A stretch of 64,000 nucleotides of DNA from NCBI RefSeq assembly GCF_009914755.1, contig NC_060931.1. The stretch is one strand, 5' to 3'. Source of the stretch: the human T2T-CHM13v2.0 reference genome, Homo sapiens. A model generated the notes under the pieces. That model did no database searches. It was not told where the DNA came from and saw only the letters and a program-made list of their open reading frames with translations. Both the position numbers and the translations under genes were made by a program. Positions within the stretch are counted from its first letter, which is position 1, and every line of letters starts with the position of its first letter. Below are positions 28,918 to 42,884 of this stretch, piece after piece.

Positions 28918-29809
28918 TATCTTTCTTCAGGCACAACTTTTTTCTGTTTTGTTTTTAAATCAGTAAAAGAAACTGGGTCCTAGAAGCTACAGTGGTCTAA
29001 GCAGCAGCAAGTTTATGCATTCATTTTTGTTTTTGTTAAAATACGTTAAAATTGTCACACTGCTGGCACACCTCATTTGCATGAAATTCTGTACCACACT
29101 TACTAATTGTAGTAAAGTTTCCCCCTATCTCAGGGAAAAGAAAAAAAACTACTCTGGAATGTAATTTTCTCTGAGATCTAACCGAACTTTGTTAAGTGGA
29201 TTGGGACAAGATTATAAATGATATGAAAAATAACATTTTGACATTTGTCCATCAAATTTAAGAAAATAATTTGCCTATATAATTTTTCGTAATTTTTTTA
29301 AAGATAATATATTCTACCCTCATGTGGTTCTCAGATTTAAACCATAATGAACAGGAAAAAAAAAAAGGGAAAGAATGCAACTGAGTGCTAAGGCAGAACA
29401 TTGTGGCAGAAGAAATTAATGAAGGTGGAGTATATACTGAATATCAAGTGCAGAATTTCATAGAGCAAACAAGATAACCGTCTATATTTTTCACATATGC
29501 AGGCAAAGTGGATTTTGCAATTGCCAGTTACGTTAAATGCACTAAATAAAACTCCTAACATTGATACTATAAGGCACCCCCTTAAGTTTTCCAGTCTGCA
29601 ACTGTGCATAATTTTAAAATGTTTTTTTGAAAAACATTTTAAGTTTAAATTGGATTCCCAACCTTATTTTTAAAAAGTCACAGAAACAAGAATAGAGAGA
29701 AATCTAGCCATGTTTTAACTGGTAGAATTTCGGACGGATATTTGTTTTGTATTTTCCAATTTTTTCAAGTGTGTCTATGTTATTATGTTCAGAAAAAAAA
29801 ACGTTAAAA

Positions 29810-30850
29810 AATAAGGCTATTGCAATGGTTTGGTGAATGATGATACATGTGTTGCTTTGTTTGTAAGTCTAGGATAGTCTAGCCTGAGAGCCTGCTATTG
29901 AGTAGAACTTGTAGAATGATGGATCATGAACCAAATTGAACAAAGAGAAGCTTCACTCTGGGAAATCTGTACCTACCAACTAGGAGTCAAGATAGGAAAA
30001 TATAAGGGTATAAGATAGGGAAATTACTAAGAAACAGTCCAGGAATTTTAGTCCAGACACCTTGCATACTACTGAGTAAAAGGTGAGTCTTTAAAGAATT
30101 TGCACCAGTTGGATACAGTCTGAACTAAAGCAGTTGCTAAGACTGAAAATGTGCAAGCCATCACCAAGGTAGACAAGACCTGATTCACTGGATATGGGAG
30201 GTTAGGAATGCAAGGATTTAGAGATGACACTGAAGGTTTGAATATCAGTTACTGGGAGGACTAACATTTTTTCTTTAAATAAAGATGGAAGATACAGGAG
30301 GATGCCCAGATTTGGGAAGAAAAATAGTTTGTGTAGATTATCTTGAAGTGGAGTGGCCATGGAAATATCCAGGTATATATGTAACTGTGAATCTGAAGAT
30401 CTGAGGAAGTCTGGACTTATGATGAAAATTTGGTAGTTGTCTGCATTGAGGGTAGAACTGAAACCATGGGAAACAATGAAGTCATGAGATAGTGAAAGGA
30501 AAGAAGAAGGTGGAGGAGCACATTATGGAACATCCAGTTTTAGGGAGTAGGCAAATAAGAGGCAGTGAAAGAGGCAACAACAAATCAGAAATAGGCAGAG
30601 AATTAAGAAAACACAGGCTTATGAAGGTCACTGCAGGAGAAACGTTTAAAAGTTGGTGGTTGAGGTAAAATTCTAAACAAAAATAAAAAAGCCTAAGGAC
30701 TGGGGTGACCATTTAATATTGGCAATTACGTTTACTAGGGATTTAAAGAAAAATAGATCTGGTAAAATAGTTGAGCAAAGCCAGGTTGCAAGCATTGAGT
30801 GGATCAAAGGAGAATAAGTGGTCAGAGGGTCGACCACTCCTCCACATTTG
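29810..30850 (-). mobile_element. L2 fragments, degraded
   Basis: Purine-rich reverse L2 motifs (GGATATGGGAGG...GAGATGACACTGAAGGTTTG; GAAACCATGGG). Confidence 0.5.
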
Positions 30851-33251
30851 TCAGTAAGAAGAATGAAAGCACTCTGATAGTAAACTATAGAGGAGGAAGA
30901 TAGTAGATTAATAGTTGTATAGTAATCCTAGGTTTTTACCTATTAAAAACTAGCATGCTGGGTTTCTTTTTGTCTTTTCTATCATTGTGTCCAGCCAGGA
31001 AGGTGGAATCTGAAAATGGAATACTGTATGGTATGCTTCGAAAATACCTTAAGATTGTCAGCTTCTATACAGAGATTTGGAGACTACATATAACACTAAA
31101 CTCTCAGTTATGTTTCTTTTATCTTCTTTTAATCAGTTTTTTTTCAGCTTCTTTGCAGGACAGAACACTAAAGCTTTATGACTTAACTAACACACAGTGC
31201 ACATTATGATGAGGTGACATAAACACAAATTTGAATTTATTTTTTTATGACTTAAAATCTTTGTGTAATAGCAAAGTTGCTTTACACATACAAATTTTAT
31301 TATGATTGGAGTAATATCTTCACAATTTCATTACTCAGGCCCATATAACCTATTATGCTAAAATGTGTTATCGATAAGCTAATATCTATTTTAGTGCTTC
31401 CTTTTGGTTCAGCTTTGAACAATTGTCACATGGAATGGAGAAAATTTGACTAGTAGAAGTTTAGAGCTGGAGGGGAACTTGGTACCCCTGACATAACATA
31501 CTCCGTTTGCAATTAAGAAAACCATGGCAAAAAGAGATAGATATTACTGATTTCAAGTTGCTTACTTGTAAAGTTGCCGAAAAATGTGTACTCATGAAAT
31601 ACTAAAACAGGGAGATAATATTTCACACTAGAGTATTTTTTAATATATTATAAAAGTTTCAGTGGATAAAGTGGTGTTAGAGCTATTCTGAAAGAAGTTG
31701 TAGGAATCTGAATTTTATGACACTTAATATTGAGAACCATTAAATGTTTTAAGCAGTAAAGTTATATGATGAGTTACACATTTAATGGTGACTAGTTTTG
31801 GGAAGACAGAAATTTTATAGTCAGGTATGCCCTACTAAAACATTATTGTATTCCAAATATGCAATGAGGGTCTAGGCTAGAATTTAGAACTTTAAAATGT
31901 ATTTCTTTTTAAAGTAACAGCAATATTAATCCAAGTCTAAATAACATATTGTTTTTATTCCATGTAACTAGAGTAGCAGTATAGTAAAAACAACATAATA
32001 AAATATTTTTAAATATTAGCTATGTGCTAGATGCCTAAGCAGATTGCCTTTAATTTATCCAACAAGCCTTTATTATCCTGAAACCTTCCCAGCATCTATT
32101 AAATTTAAAGCCCTTTGTCCATTTTAACTCAAGGTACCTCCACATTTCTTTGGAAACTGTACCTACTAACACTAGCAGTTGTGGACAATTGAGAGACTTA
32201 TGTATCACTGTTTTAATATATGTGAACATAAGGTACGATCACTTTTTTTGTGAAGACAATTTTGTGAAAATATAAAAGGGTGATGAAGTAGAGCACAGTG
32301 TTGATGGTGCCTGCTTCATTAAGGACAGCACATTCCTGGGGGTCTAGAGTAAGAATGCAGTGGTATGGGAAGTATAGGCACCTGTCCTCCATCATCATCA
32401 TGAATGCCTCTCTGGTCCATGTCTCACCTGTCATTATAGTTCTTTGTCTCAATGACAAGTACCTCTTAACTACATATGTGCCACTGTTGGCCTCATGGAA
32501 ACCATTTCAATAGTGGTACGTGTTCCAAGAGTTCCCAGGCAAAGCTGTTCTGGGCTCTGTGTGCCTTGCGTGCTGAAATATAGATAATAGCTTTGTGCTT
32601 TTTTTTTTTTTTCCTAACTCAGGAAGTTTTAAGTGCCACATTTTGTAAGATAGTGGCTGATCTAACTATGAGGACCTTATTTCTAACCCATTGATTTAGC
32701 TAGTAGGAATCATTATTTCTATGTATTTTCTATTTAAATTTTTAAATTTTAAATTGGCTATATCCCTCCCACTGTTCAGTTGTGGTATACTCAGAAAAAT
32801 CTAAACATTAATCATACAAGGTGAATAAAAGCATAACTATAAAGGCAAAGTTCTCAAAATCATATAATTAGTTTCAGAGTCAAATATTAAAATTATTTGG
32901 ATTACCCAGTCCTTAAAATTGTCAACTCTTTTAGCTATACAACTTGAGTATAGATTGCAGTTGCTGTGATTATATTTGCTCCTAATTATAATTTTTATTA
33001 AGGATAGTTTGGATTTAAGAGAGGCCACACTTTTTTGGTTTGGTTTTCTGGGAAGAGTAACTTTGTTTTAATCATTAACAGAGTTGCAAGTGTAAGTTAA
33101 CTTTCGTATCTGGCATTTACTCTACCTTAATATAAGGTAGAGAAATAGCCTGGCCTAGTCATTGTTATATGGGTTAAATCTCTCATCTGCTTCTCAAAAT
33201 AATGCATCTATCTACCATGGACCCACATTTAATGCCTATCTCATTTGAGGG

Positions 33252-33293
33252 GTGTGTGTGTGTGTGTGTGTATGTGTGTGTATGTGTGTGTGT
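33252..33293 (+). repeat. Imperfect (GT)n microsatellite
   Basis: GT run with two TA interruptions. Confidence 0.9.
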
Positions 33294-34744
33294 TGTTAGA
33301 AAAGTTCTTAAAACTTTTCAGTAATAAGCCATTATCATAGTAGAAAGAAAGCATACTTTTAAGCTTTGCCTCTTGAGCAAACTGAAGGCCCATTTTAGAT
33401 CTCAGGCTCACAGGGTCCAGGGAGGTGATATTTAATAAGTTTCTAGAGGTTAAGGCCAATGGTGTGACCTGTGTTCAGTGACTCATTGTTGTTAGAAATT
33501 TGCCTCCAGTGATCTATTTGAGAACCAGGCTAGTTTTACATTTTTTATAAGGTCATTCTCCAAGACCTATGCCTCTTAAAAAAAGGAAAATTCTTCACGG
33601 TCATATTATTATATTGGAATTCAAGTGCAGGTCTCTGGCCTAGTGTATATCTTCTCTGCCTTCAAAAAACTGTTTTCTTTGTGACTTAAAAAATGAAAAA
33701 TCCATATCTTTTTTGACTGAAGATAACTTTATACTTTTAACCTATATTTCAGAAAGCCAATCTTTAGAGAAAATGAAATATTTTAAGGGAAAACTAAAGC
33801 ATAGCCATGCTCTGCAAACTTTTAAAACATTAGTTTCAGGCTGTGATTGCTGTTTTCTATTTGACTTTCAAGTTAGTTTTAATTGGCATAATTTTACTAT
33901 TTAATAGTTAAGCATTTTTTTAATAATAAGATATAAAGGTGAACAATAAAAAGAACAAAAATAAGTTTATGTTATAAAAAATAAAATTAAAGAGGAAGAA
34001 TTTTGTATGGGTAGGGTGATGGCAAAGTCAAATAAAATTCAACCACACCATACAGAAGAGCTAGATTAAATCTTGAATGCTTTGTGTTACGTGAGTAGAA
34101 AAGAATGATCGCTCTGAATACTTTATAACCTCTAAGAGGAGAGAATGTTGCTGCAGCAATATCTGGGAAATACAATCAGTGTGTCTGAAGCCAGCATCTA
34201 TTTATCTTAAATTAATCATTTTTTTTTCTGAGTAAGTGGATGATAATCCTGGTGCTGGGTGCCAGTGTCTTTTTATTCATGCCATAGATAAAACTAGAGC
34301 ACTCCTATGTTGGTGAGAGCTATACAATACAAAAGGTCTCAAGCTGTAACTCTTCTGTAAGATTATAGACAGCTTTATAGATTTGCAACATGATTTTGGG
34401 ATTGAGAATCAGTAAATAATTGTATCTAAAGTAAAATCTTGTGCATAATCAAGTCTATTTTACCTTTCTGCCCTCAGGAAAGTATAAACAAGGTATTCTA
34501 AATATAAGGCAGTAATTTTTCTTCTTCATTATTAAATTCTCTGGTCAAAGAAGTTCCTACAACTGAAGTGGAAAAGCCTTCACTAAATTGTAAACTGTCT
34601 GGTTGCTGTTAGTGTGAGCCATAGGGTGAAGAGCAGCATGGTGCCTCTGATGCAGTGAACCTCAAATGACACCACATTGAAGGCCCAGCAATCAGGCTTA
34701 CATTCAAATATGTACTCACTTTATCTCTTCTGAAAAGAAAACCA

Positions 34745-35034
<290 letters not shown>

Positions 35035-35939
35035 GTAAACCAGGAAAGTAGTCTGGATTTTTTTTTAAGTAGGTCTTCTTTCCTAGGCATTGTCAGTAAG
35101 TATTATATTATCATCTTGTCTAGGGTAGAGGGTAGAGTAGCAAGAAGGAAGTGAGATCTCCTCACCTCTAAATTGAACAGTGTACTGGGATTTAACCATC
35201 TTCTAACTCTCGCATTATGTCTCAAGAATATATGTGGATATACAAATATTTGTCAGTAGACATTAGACATTGTGATTAAAAGCTGTGAAAAATATGTAAA
35301 ATACAATGAAATTTTGGTCCTCCTGGAAAAGCATCTAAAAAGAATTCAGAAAGGAATGGAGCAATGACTCAACATATCAGATTTAGTTAAGTGGTACTGA
35401 TAGCAGGATGAAAGTTAACCTAACTTAAAAATTAGGTAAGGCTATGTGGCTTATAAGAGTTAAGAACTCAACCATTGGTAAGTTATGAAATCCCTTTTAT
35501 AGACTATGCATAGGGCTCAAGGTGACCCTTAGTCACACTGACAAAATAGTCAGCAACTGGGTTGAAATCCCAGATCAATATAGATCTTCAATTGGCTAAG
35601 AAGGTAACCTCAAAACTGTTTGTAGTGATATCATTTCCTTCTTAGATAAAATTCTTTTAACTCTGGAGGATTTGTAATTTATAGTAGAAGTATCTAAAAT
35701 AACTAAATTTGGCAGCATATTTTTGTATTAAGAGGAGGTGTACACACTTGGTATTTTAAGGATTTCTAATGTGAAAGAATCTGCCTTACTAAGTAACAGG
35801 TTAGCTTTTTAATTCCATCTTAAAATGCATAACTGAGTGATTTAGATCTATAATTTTAAATAGAAATCTTACCAAGTTTTATATAACATTGAAACATTTA
35901 AGATTTTATGTATGTATACAGAATCTATTATTGCTTGTC

Positions 35940-35984
<45 letters not shown>

Positions 35985-36068
35985 CCTATCTATCTACCTA
36001 CCTACTTACTTACCAATCTACCAACCTACCTACCTATCTACCAACCTACCTACCTATCTACCTTCCTT
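35940..36068 (+). repeat. Compound tetranucleotide repeat (ATCT)n grading into (ACCT)n
   Basis: Pure ATCT run followed by mixed ACCT/ATCT/ACCA units. Confidence 0.95.
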
Positions 36069-36998
36069 CTGAGCTATTTGATTTGTCAGCCAGGCAATTT
36101 TAAAGGAATTGTCTTTAAAGGAAGGATTTTTAAAAATTGGGCCAATGATCAATTGAAATCCTCTTATACTATTAAAATATGCTAGACTAATAATTTATAA
36201 ATTGATTTTAAAAACTTGAGGGTAAGTCAGGTTTTGAATTTGCTAATTTGACAAATTTATATTAAGCTTTAAAACCAAAGTAAACCCATGAATTTTTTTA
36301 TGCATAACAGCTTCTCTCAAGGACACAGAAACACTTTTTATTGACAGTATTGATTTGTCTTCTCCCTTATGAGAATGTGAGGAGATAGAAGTCAACACAC
36401 ATAGTTAGTTAAGAGTGAGTGCTTCCTGCCCCAAATGTTCCCAGTCTTTCAGCACAGTTGCTTCTCTTAGCAGTGGAAGGTGGCCATCTTCAATATCAGT
36501 AACCATCCTGACCTTTCTGAGACCAAAGGCCAAGTAGCGATGGACCAACCTGAGAAATTGCTCTCATGTATTCATGCCAAGTTTCCACTCCTTTATTGTT
36601 TTATATGACACAGGTAATATACATTTCTTATAGAACATTTAGAAAACAAACATAGCCAACAAGAAGATGATATTCACTTGTATCTCGTAACCCAGATAAA
36701 TTAACCACTACCAATGTTCCGTGATGCTCCTCTGTAATTGCAATTGCGTACAGATGTGTTCAGTTTGAAATATAATGAGTTTTAGTTAACAGGTATCCCT
36801 GATAATGTTGCACACTCTCACTCACACAGTCATGCTTTTTTTTTTCTGCCTTGTATTATAATTATGGTTTTCTACCTTGCTTTTACCACTTAGTAACATG
36901 TTATGAATTCCTGTTATTAGTAAAATAAAAATAAGAACTAAAAGTACTTTAAAATATATTTAAAGACAATGTAAAAGTGTATAAAAATCATTAAAAAG

Positions 36999-37307
36999 AG
37001 CTGAGCCCAGGGCCTCATGCCTGTAATCCAGCACTTAAGGAGGCCAAGGCAAGTGGATTGCCTGAGCCCAGGAGTTCGAGACCAGCCTGGGCAATATGGC
37101 AAAACCTCATCTCTACAAAAGTCCAAAAAAAAAAAAAAATTATCAAGGTGTGGTGCTGCACACCTGTAGTCCCAGCTACTCGAGAGGCTGAGGTGGAAGG
37201 ATCACCTGAGTCCAGGGAGATTAAAGTTTCAGTAAGCTGTGATTGCTTCACTGCACTCTAGCCTGGGCAGCAGGGCGAGACCCTGTCTCACATTTAAAAA
37301 AAAAAAA
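36999..37307 (+). mobile_element. Alu (AluJ-like)
   Basis: GATTGCCTGAGCCCAGGAGTTCGAGACC is a J-type diagnostic; expanded A-rich linker; poly(A) tail. Confidence 0.93.
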
Positions 37308-37864
37308 GCATAAAAAAGTATTAAAGCGTAAACAATAAAGCAATAGCTTTATGTTTAATGGCTGCATAAATTCCAATGTACAAATGCACTTTGTTAAATA
37401 ACCTTCCAATCTTCAGCATTTTAAATTGCCTACTTTTTTGTTAAAATAAGCAACAGTCTATGAACATCTTTGAATCTTAGCTAATTCATTTTACAATTTA
37501 AGTAATTTCAGATGTAAAATATGTGGCAAAATGATTATGTATTTTGTAAGAGTTTGACAAATATTTTCAAGTTATCCTACAGAAAGATGAACCAGTTTAT
37601 GCCCAGGAGTTGCTTCTTAGTTAAAACCTTGATAGGATAAACTGAGAAACCCACCAAAATTAGAATGCCCATCTCAGAATTAAAAAAAAAAAACATTAAA
37701 AAACAGACTAAATAGATACTAGTTTTGTTATCAGAAACAGTTGAGTTTAAGGTGTGAGGTGCTCTTATGTTAATTCTCTGACCAAACCTAGCAAAGATCC
37801 TGCCATTACATCAAAGTGTTGCACTGGGGTTGTCAGAAATACCAACTGTATGGCTGTTGGTTTG

Positions 37865-38605
37865 CAGCCAATAAACAAGCAAAAAAGCTCAACATCACTG
37901 ATCTTTAGAGAAAATTAAAACCACAATGAGATACAATTTCACACCAGTCAGAATGACAATTATTAAAAAGTCAAGGAACAACAGATGGTGCGGAGAGATA
38001 CGAACACTTTTACACTGTTGGCGGGCATGTAAATTAGTTCAGCTATTGTGGAAGGCCAAGAACCATAAATACCATTTGACCTAGCAATCCCATTACTGTG
38101 TATATACCCAAAGGACTATAAAACATTCTATTATAAAGGTACATGCACATATATGTTTACTGCAGCACTATTTACAATATCAAAGATATGGAATCAACCC
38201 AGATGCCCATCAGTGATAGATTGGATAAAGAAAAGGTGGTACATATACACCTGGAGTACTATGCAGCTATAAAAAAGAATGAAATCATGTCATTTACAGG
38301 GGCATAAATGGAATTGGAAGCCATTATCCTCAGCAAACTAACACAGGAACAGAAAACCAAATGCCGTATGCTCTCATTCATAAGTAGGAGCTGAACAATG
38401 AGAACATATAGACATAGGAAGGGGAATAACACACACTAGGGCCTGTGAGACAGGGGAGGGAGAGCATCAGAAGAAAATAGCTAATGTATGCTGGGCTTAA
38501 TACTTAGGTGATGAGTTGATAGGTGCAGCAAACCACCATGGTACACATTTATCTCTGTAACAAACCTGCACACCCTGCACATGTACCCCAGAACTTTAAA
38601 AAAAA
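37865..38605 (+). mobile_element. Older L1PA 3' end (ORF2 C-terminus plus 3'UTR)
   Basis: GCTCAACATCACTGATC...CTCAGCAAACTAACACAGGAACAGAAAACC...CACATGTACCCCAGAACTTTAAAA. Confidence 0.92.
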
Positions 38606-38944
38606 TTGAGAACTTTTTGATGATCATATACCATGTAATATCTTTTGTCGATAAATTCTCATATACACTGGAAATCTCCGCTTCTTGTTACAGTAGCCTC
38701 TACCAGAGTAATTAAAATCATGTAGGAGTGGTACAACCTTTCTTAACACAGCCAATATAGATTTCATGGTATAATAGTTGAGTACTTAGGCACCAGCCAA
38801 TAATCCATCCCTATGAATCCAAGGAAGATTGTCCTTCATCCATTCCAAAGAAATTGACCTTTATCCAGTCCAAAAGTCATTTAATTTTGTCTTTAATATT
38901 TCTGGTAATATAGTGTCCATTACCCATGTGAAAAATTAGTGTGC

Positions 38945-39690
38945 ACTTAACATCCATTACGATGGCTACTATCAAAAAAACAGAAAATAACAACTGTTGA
39001 CAAGAATGTGGAAACATTGGAATGCTTGTACACTGTTGATGGGATTGTAAAATGGTGCAACCACCATGGAAAACTGTATGGAGGTTCCTCAAAGCACAAA
39101 AATAGATTTACCAGATGAGTCAACAATCCCACTTCTAGGTATGTAGCCAAAAGAATCAAAAGTAGGGTCTCCAAGAGATATTTGCCCACCCATGTTTATA
39201 CCAGCACTATTCACAATAGCTAAGAAGTGGAAGCAACACAACTGGACACTGATGAATGAATTGATTTAAAAATGTGGTGTGTGTATGTATATATATGTAC
39301 ATGTGTATGTACGTATATATACATATACACAATATTATTCAGCCTTAAAAAGGAAGGAAATCCTGTCACACACTACAACACGAATGAACCTGGAAGACAT
39401 GCCAAGTGAAATAAGCCAGTCACACACACACACAACCAAATACTGTTTGAGTCCACATATATGAGGTATCTAAATTAGTCAAATTCCTAGAAACAGAAAG
39501 TAGAATGGTGGTTACTAGGGACCAAGGAGAGGGGAAAATGGGGAGTTGTTTAATGGATATAACATTTCTATTTTGCAAAAAAAAAAAAGTTCTGGAGATG
39601 TGAATGTACCTCACACTATTGAACTGTAAACTTAAAAATAATTAAAATGGTAAATTTTATGTTAGGTGGTTTTTACCACAATTAAAAAAT
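38945..39690 (+). mobile_element. L1MB/L1MA-type 3' end
   Basis: GATGGCTACTATCAAAAAAACAGAAAATAAC...GAAACAGAAAGTAGAATGGTGGTT...TTTTACCACAATTAAAAA. Confidence 0.88.
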
Positions 39691-39789
39691 GGTGAATTAC
39701 ATGTAATGTCAATTATATTTTAATTTTAAAATTAAAAAATAGTTTCCCATAAATCTTATATAGAGTTTTAAAAACATGTTTAATTCTCT

Positions 39790-40077
39790 CACGCCTATAA
39801 TACCAGCACTTTGGGATGCTTAGGCGGTTGGATCATGAGGTCATGAGATCGAGACCATCCTGGTTAACACGGTGAAACCCTGTCTCTACTAAAAATACAA
39901 AAAATTAGCCAGGCGTGGTGGCGGGCGCATGTAGTCCCAGCTACTCCGGAGGCTGAGGCAGGAGAATGGCGAACCTGGGAGGCGGAGCTTGCAGTGAGCC
40001 GAGATCACGCCACAGCACTCCAGCCTGGGCCAAAGAGCGAGACTCCATCTAAAAAAAAAAAAAAAGAAAAGAAAAAA
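39790..40077 (+). mobile_element. AluY, slightly 5'-truncated
   Basis: AluY diagnostics GAGATCGAGACCATCCTGG, GAATGGCG, GGAGCTTGCAG; perfect 14-bp TSD ATGTTTAATTCTCT at 39776-39789 and 40078-40091. Confidence 0.95.
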
Positions 40078-41071
40078 ATGTTTAATTCTCTGTGTGCGGT
40101 TTGCTAAATATTTTTAAGTGTTATTATATTTTCTTATGTAGACTAAGGTTTCTTACTGTAGTTGTTTTTACATGGCATCAATTTCTTCATGTTTTTGATA
40201 TAAACTCTTTTCTCGCTACTAATATATGAGATCCATATTATTCTGTTGAAATTCAACATAACAAAATGTATCTTGGATAAAGTCTAGACATAGGAAAGAA
40301 GTTTATTGTGTTAAATACTAGAAACTTAGGACAATTTTTCAAGTCATACCCGTCCTTTTTGAAATGTAATTTGGAAATATTCTTAAGATCCACATAAACT
40401 TATATATTTTCTTATCTACAGGGTATTTTATCCATTAAAGATGCTACATTAGTTATATAGTTGTTATACACTTAACTACTCTAAGACCCTTAGCAACAGT
40501 CCATGCATAATTGCTTGGAGTTTTAAATGCTAAAGAAAAATGGTGAATTTGCACTCACTAGGTTTTGTAGTGAATTCTTGACATGCATAGCCAATGCACC
40601 ATCAGGCTAAATAGTACTCATGAAGAAACAGAGATAAGACACTTCTGGAAGTGTGAAAATTCTGATTTGAGAGAAATGTATGCAGAATTGATATTTATAG
40701 TACTTATTTTCTGGCTCTAATATGTTATATATTCTGCTCTTGGATATTGGCTAATTATCATGTCAGTAAATGCTGTATCTGGAAAACATTTTGTCAAGTG
40801 AATAAGACTTTTCATATTTCTGGTAAAAGAACAGTATATATACTTTTATACATGTTTCCAAAGATCAAACAGCTTTAAAAAGGTGTACATCTGGCTATTA
40901 TTTAACCAGACTGAATAATGCATGAAAGAATGTAGACTCTTTGGAATAATGTGTTATTTTAATTCTTACATGACTCTGTTACAGAGCAAGTTTATTTCCA
41001 TTCTGAGGTTTGATGTATAATCTTTCTAGTCATAGAACCATATGAACCAATCACTGTCTCTTACCTCCCTT

Positions 41072-41074
<3 letters not shown>

Positions 41075-41120
<46 letters not shown>
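41075..41120 (+). repeat. (AC)23 microsatellite
   Basis: Direct count. Confidence 0.97.
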
Positions 41121-41126
<6 letters not shown>

Positions 41127-41164
41127 TTTAATGATAATAGCACTTTTTCTACTCATATACTCAT

Positions 41165-41420
41165 AGATTATGATGAGACTCAGTTGAGGCAACTTAGTTC
41201 ATTGAAAAGACCATGGATTTCATGTAAAGACAATTTGGGGTTTAAATTTGGCCTCTATATTTTATTATAATTGGAACATTAAGCTATGAATGAAATCTTA
41301 GACAATTTTCTAATTTAAAAAATGGGAATAGATGCCAATGCCTACCTAAAGTTGTTGTGTAGAGCAAAATTTGATAATATTAAGTGTCTAATGTAAACTC
41401 TGACATCCAATAAAAGTTTC
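41165..41420 (+). mobile_element. MIR SINE
   Basis: GGGGTTTAAATTTGGCCTCT...AAAATGGGAATAG...CCTACCTAAAGTTGTTGTG. Confidence 0.55.
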
Positions 41421-41634
41421 TTCCTTCTCCTTCATTTCCTACAGAAAGATTTGAATTTTTTACTTTTGTTTCCCCTTACTTTTCTTTCATCTTGAAAAAA
41501 CACAAACAAACATGTCAAGTTTATAACTGAAGACAGATAAGAAAAATTTTGAATAGTACCCTGTTTATAATCCTGAGCTTTTAGTGGAATTATTTCTGAG
41601 GATTAATCTTGTCCTGCAAATTTCTTGGTTTAAA

Positions 41635-41850
41635 AATAATATATATATTCTTATATATACATATATGTGTGTGTGTGTGTATATATTCTTACATATATGT
41701 ATATATGTGTTCATACATATATGTATTATGTATATTCTCACATATATGTATGTATGGCATAGATAAATTACAATAAAAGAATATTCTAAATGTTATATAT
41801 AATAAAATATATAAAATATATATTTTTATATATTCTCTATATATAACATT
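41635..41850. repeat. (TA)/(TG)-rich low-complexity tract
   Basis: Seen directly in the sequence. Confidence 0.85.
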
Positions 41851-42187
41851 TTAAAAGTTATTTTATTATTTAATTGTAATCTCTTATCTATGCTATCCAT
41901 ATGATTCTGTAGAAACTCAGTATAACAAAATATAACTTGGACAAAAGCTAGGCATAGAATACAATTTATTGTGTTTAATACCAGAAACCCAGTACAGTTT
42001 TTCAAGTCAAGTTTTTTCCATATTAGAATACCAGTTAAAATTAGTGTGAGGCTGTGTTATTATTAGGATATGTATATAACTATATGTTAGGTATGTTATT
42101 AGAATATATTATATATATTATTATTATGATATATAATGTCCCTTGTATGTAACCAATCTCACATTGTTGCTGTTCCTTCCCCCTTGT

Positions 42188-42884
42188 GGGCACCTTTCCC
42201 CACTTGGTCATGCTCTGATATCCCATGCAAGGTAGCTCCTCCTTCCCAATGTCCTCCTTCACCTTCTCAGGCTCTGACACCTTTCTGACACTTTCACTGT
42301 GTAGTTCCACCCACTGGATAACACTTTCTCAGCCTGCTTAGGTTCCCACACACCGCACTCGGCTTTCCTCTTTTGCATATGTGTACCTCCCTGCTCTTTT
42401 GGGGCTCTGTCTTCCCATGCCAAGCTGCCTTCCTCTCCCACTGCATGGTCACCATTTTTAACCTGCTCATGCTCTGTCAGCACACTCTAGGACACCCATT
42501 CACATAGCCCTCTTTACCTTTGTCAAGCTCCAGAATCCCATTTTGGTCATTCTTTCTCAAAATGTGGACACTTTCCACCCTTCTTGGTTTCTGTCACCCC
42601 GTACCAGGCCTCTTGCTGTTGAATGCTCTTGCTATCCTACTCCGACTCTAAATATTTCACACCAGGCAATTCCTCCCTCTTTTGGCAGGATATCCTCCGC
42701 ACCCAACTTCAAATTTAACACCCCTCATTGAGCTTTCCTCTTGCATGAATGTCCTCATCACCCTGCTCAGACTCCGTTACCCCATGCCAAGCTGCACTCA
42801 CATGCAGATTCCCTTCCTATTACACTGGGTTCCAAATCCCCTTTGCTGTGCCTTCTTCCTGTGTGGATGCTTCATTCACCTTGC
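42188..42884 (+). repeat. Degenerate ~60-bp tandem array, possibly the internal repeat of an ancient HAL1/L1M-type element that resumes at ~44028-44140
   Basis: Recurrent units approximating GGATGCCCTCCTCACCCTGCTTGGGCTCTGACACCCCATGCCAGGC, e.g. starts at 42566, 42621, 42688, 42747, 42806, 42865. Confidence 0.6.

Noticed and set aside
29075-29082. Octamer ATTTGCAT
   Set aside because: A single 8-mer is expected by chance in 64 kb of AT-rich DNA, and there is no adjacent consensus SOX site.
35889-36185. ORFs with IYLS/PTYL repeats
   Set aside because: Translation of the tetranucleotide microsatellite.
42188-42884. CRISPR-like reading of the ~60-bp periodic array
   Set aside because: Human DNA, highly degenerate units with no invariant repeat and unique spacer structure, and no cas genes.
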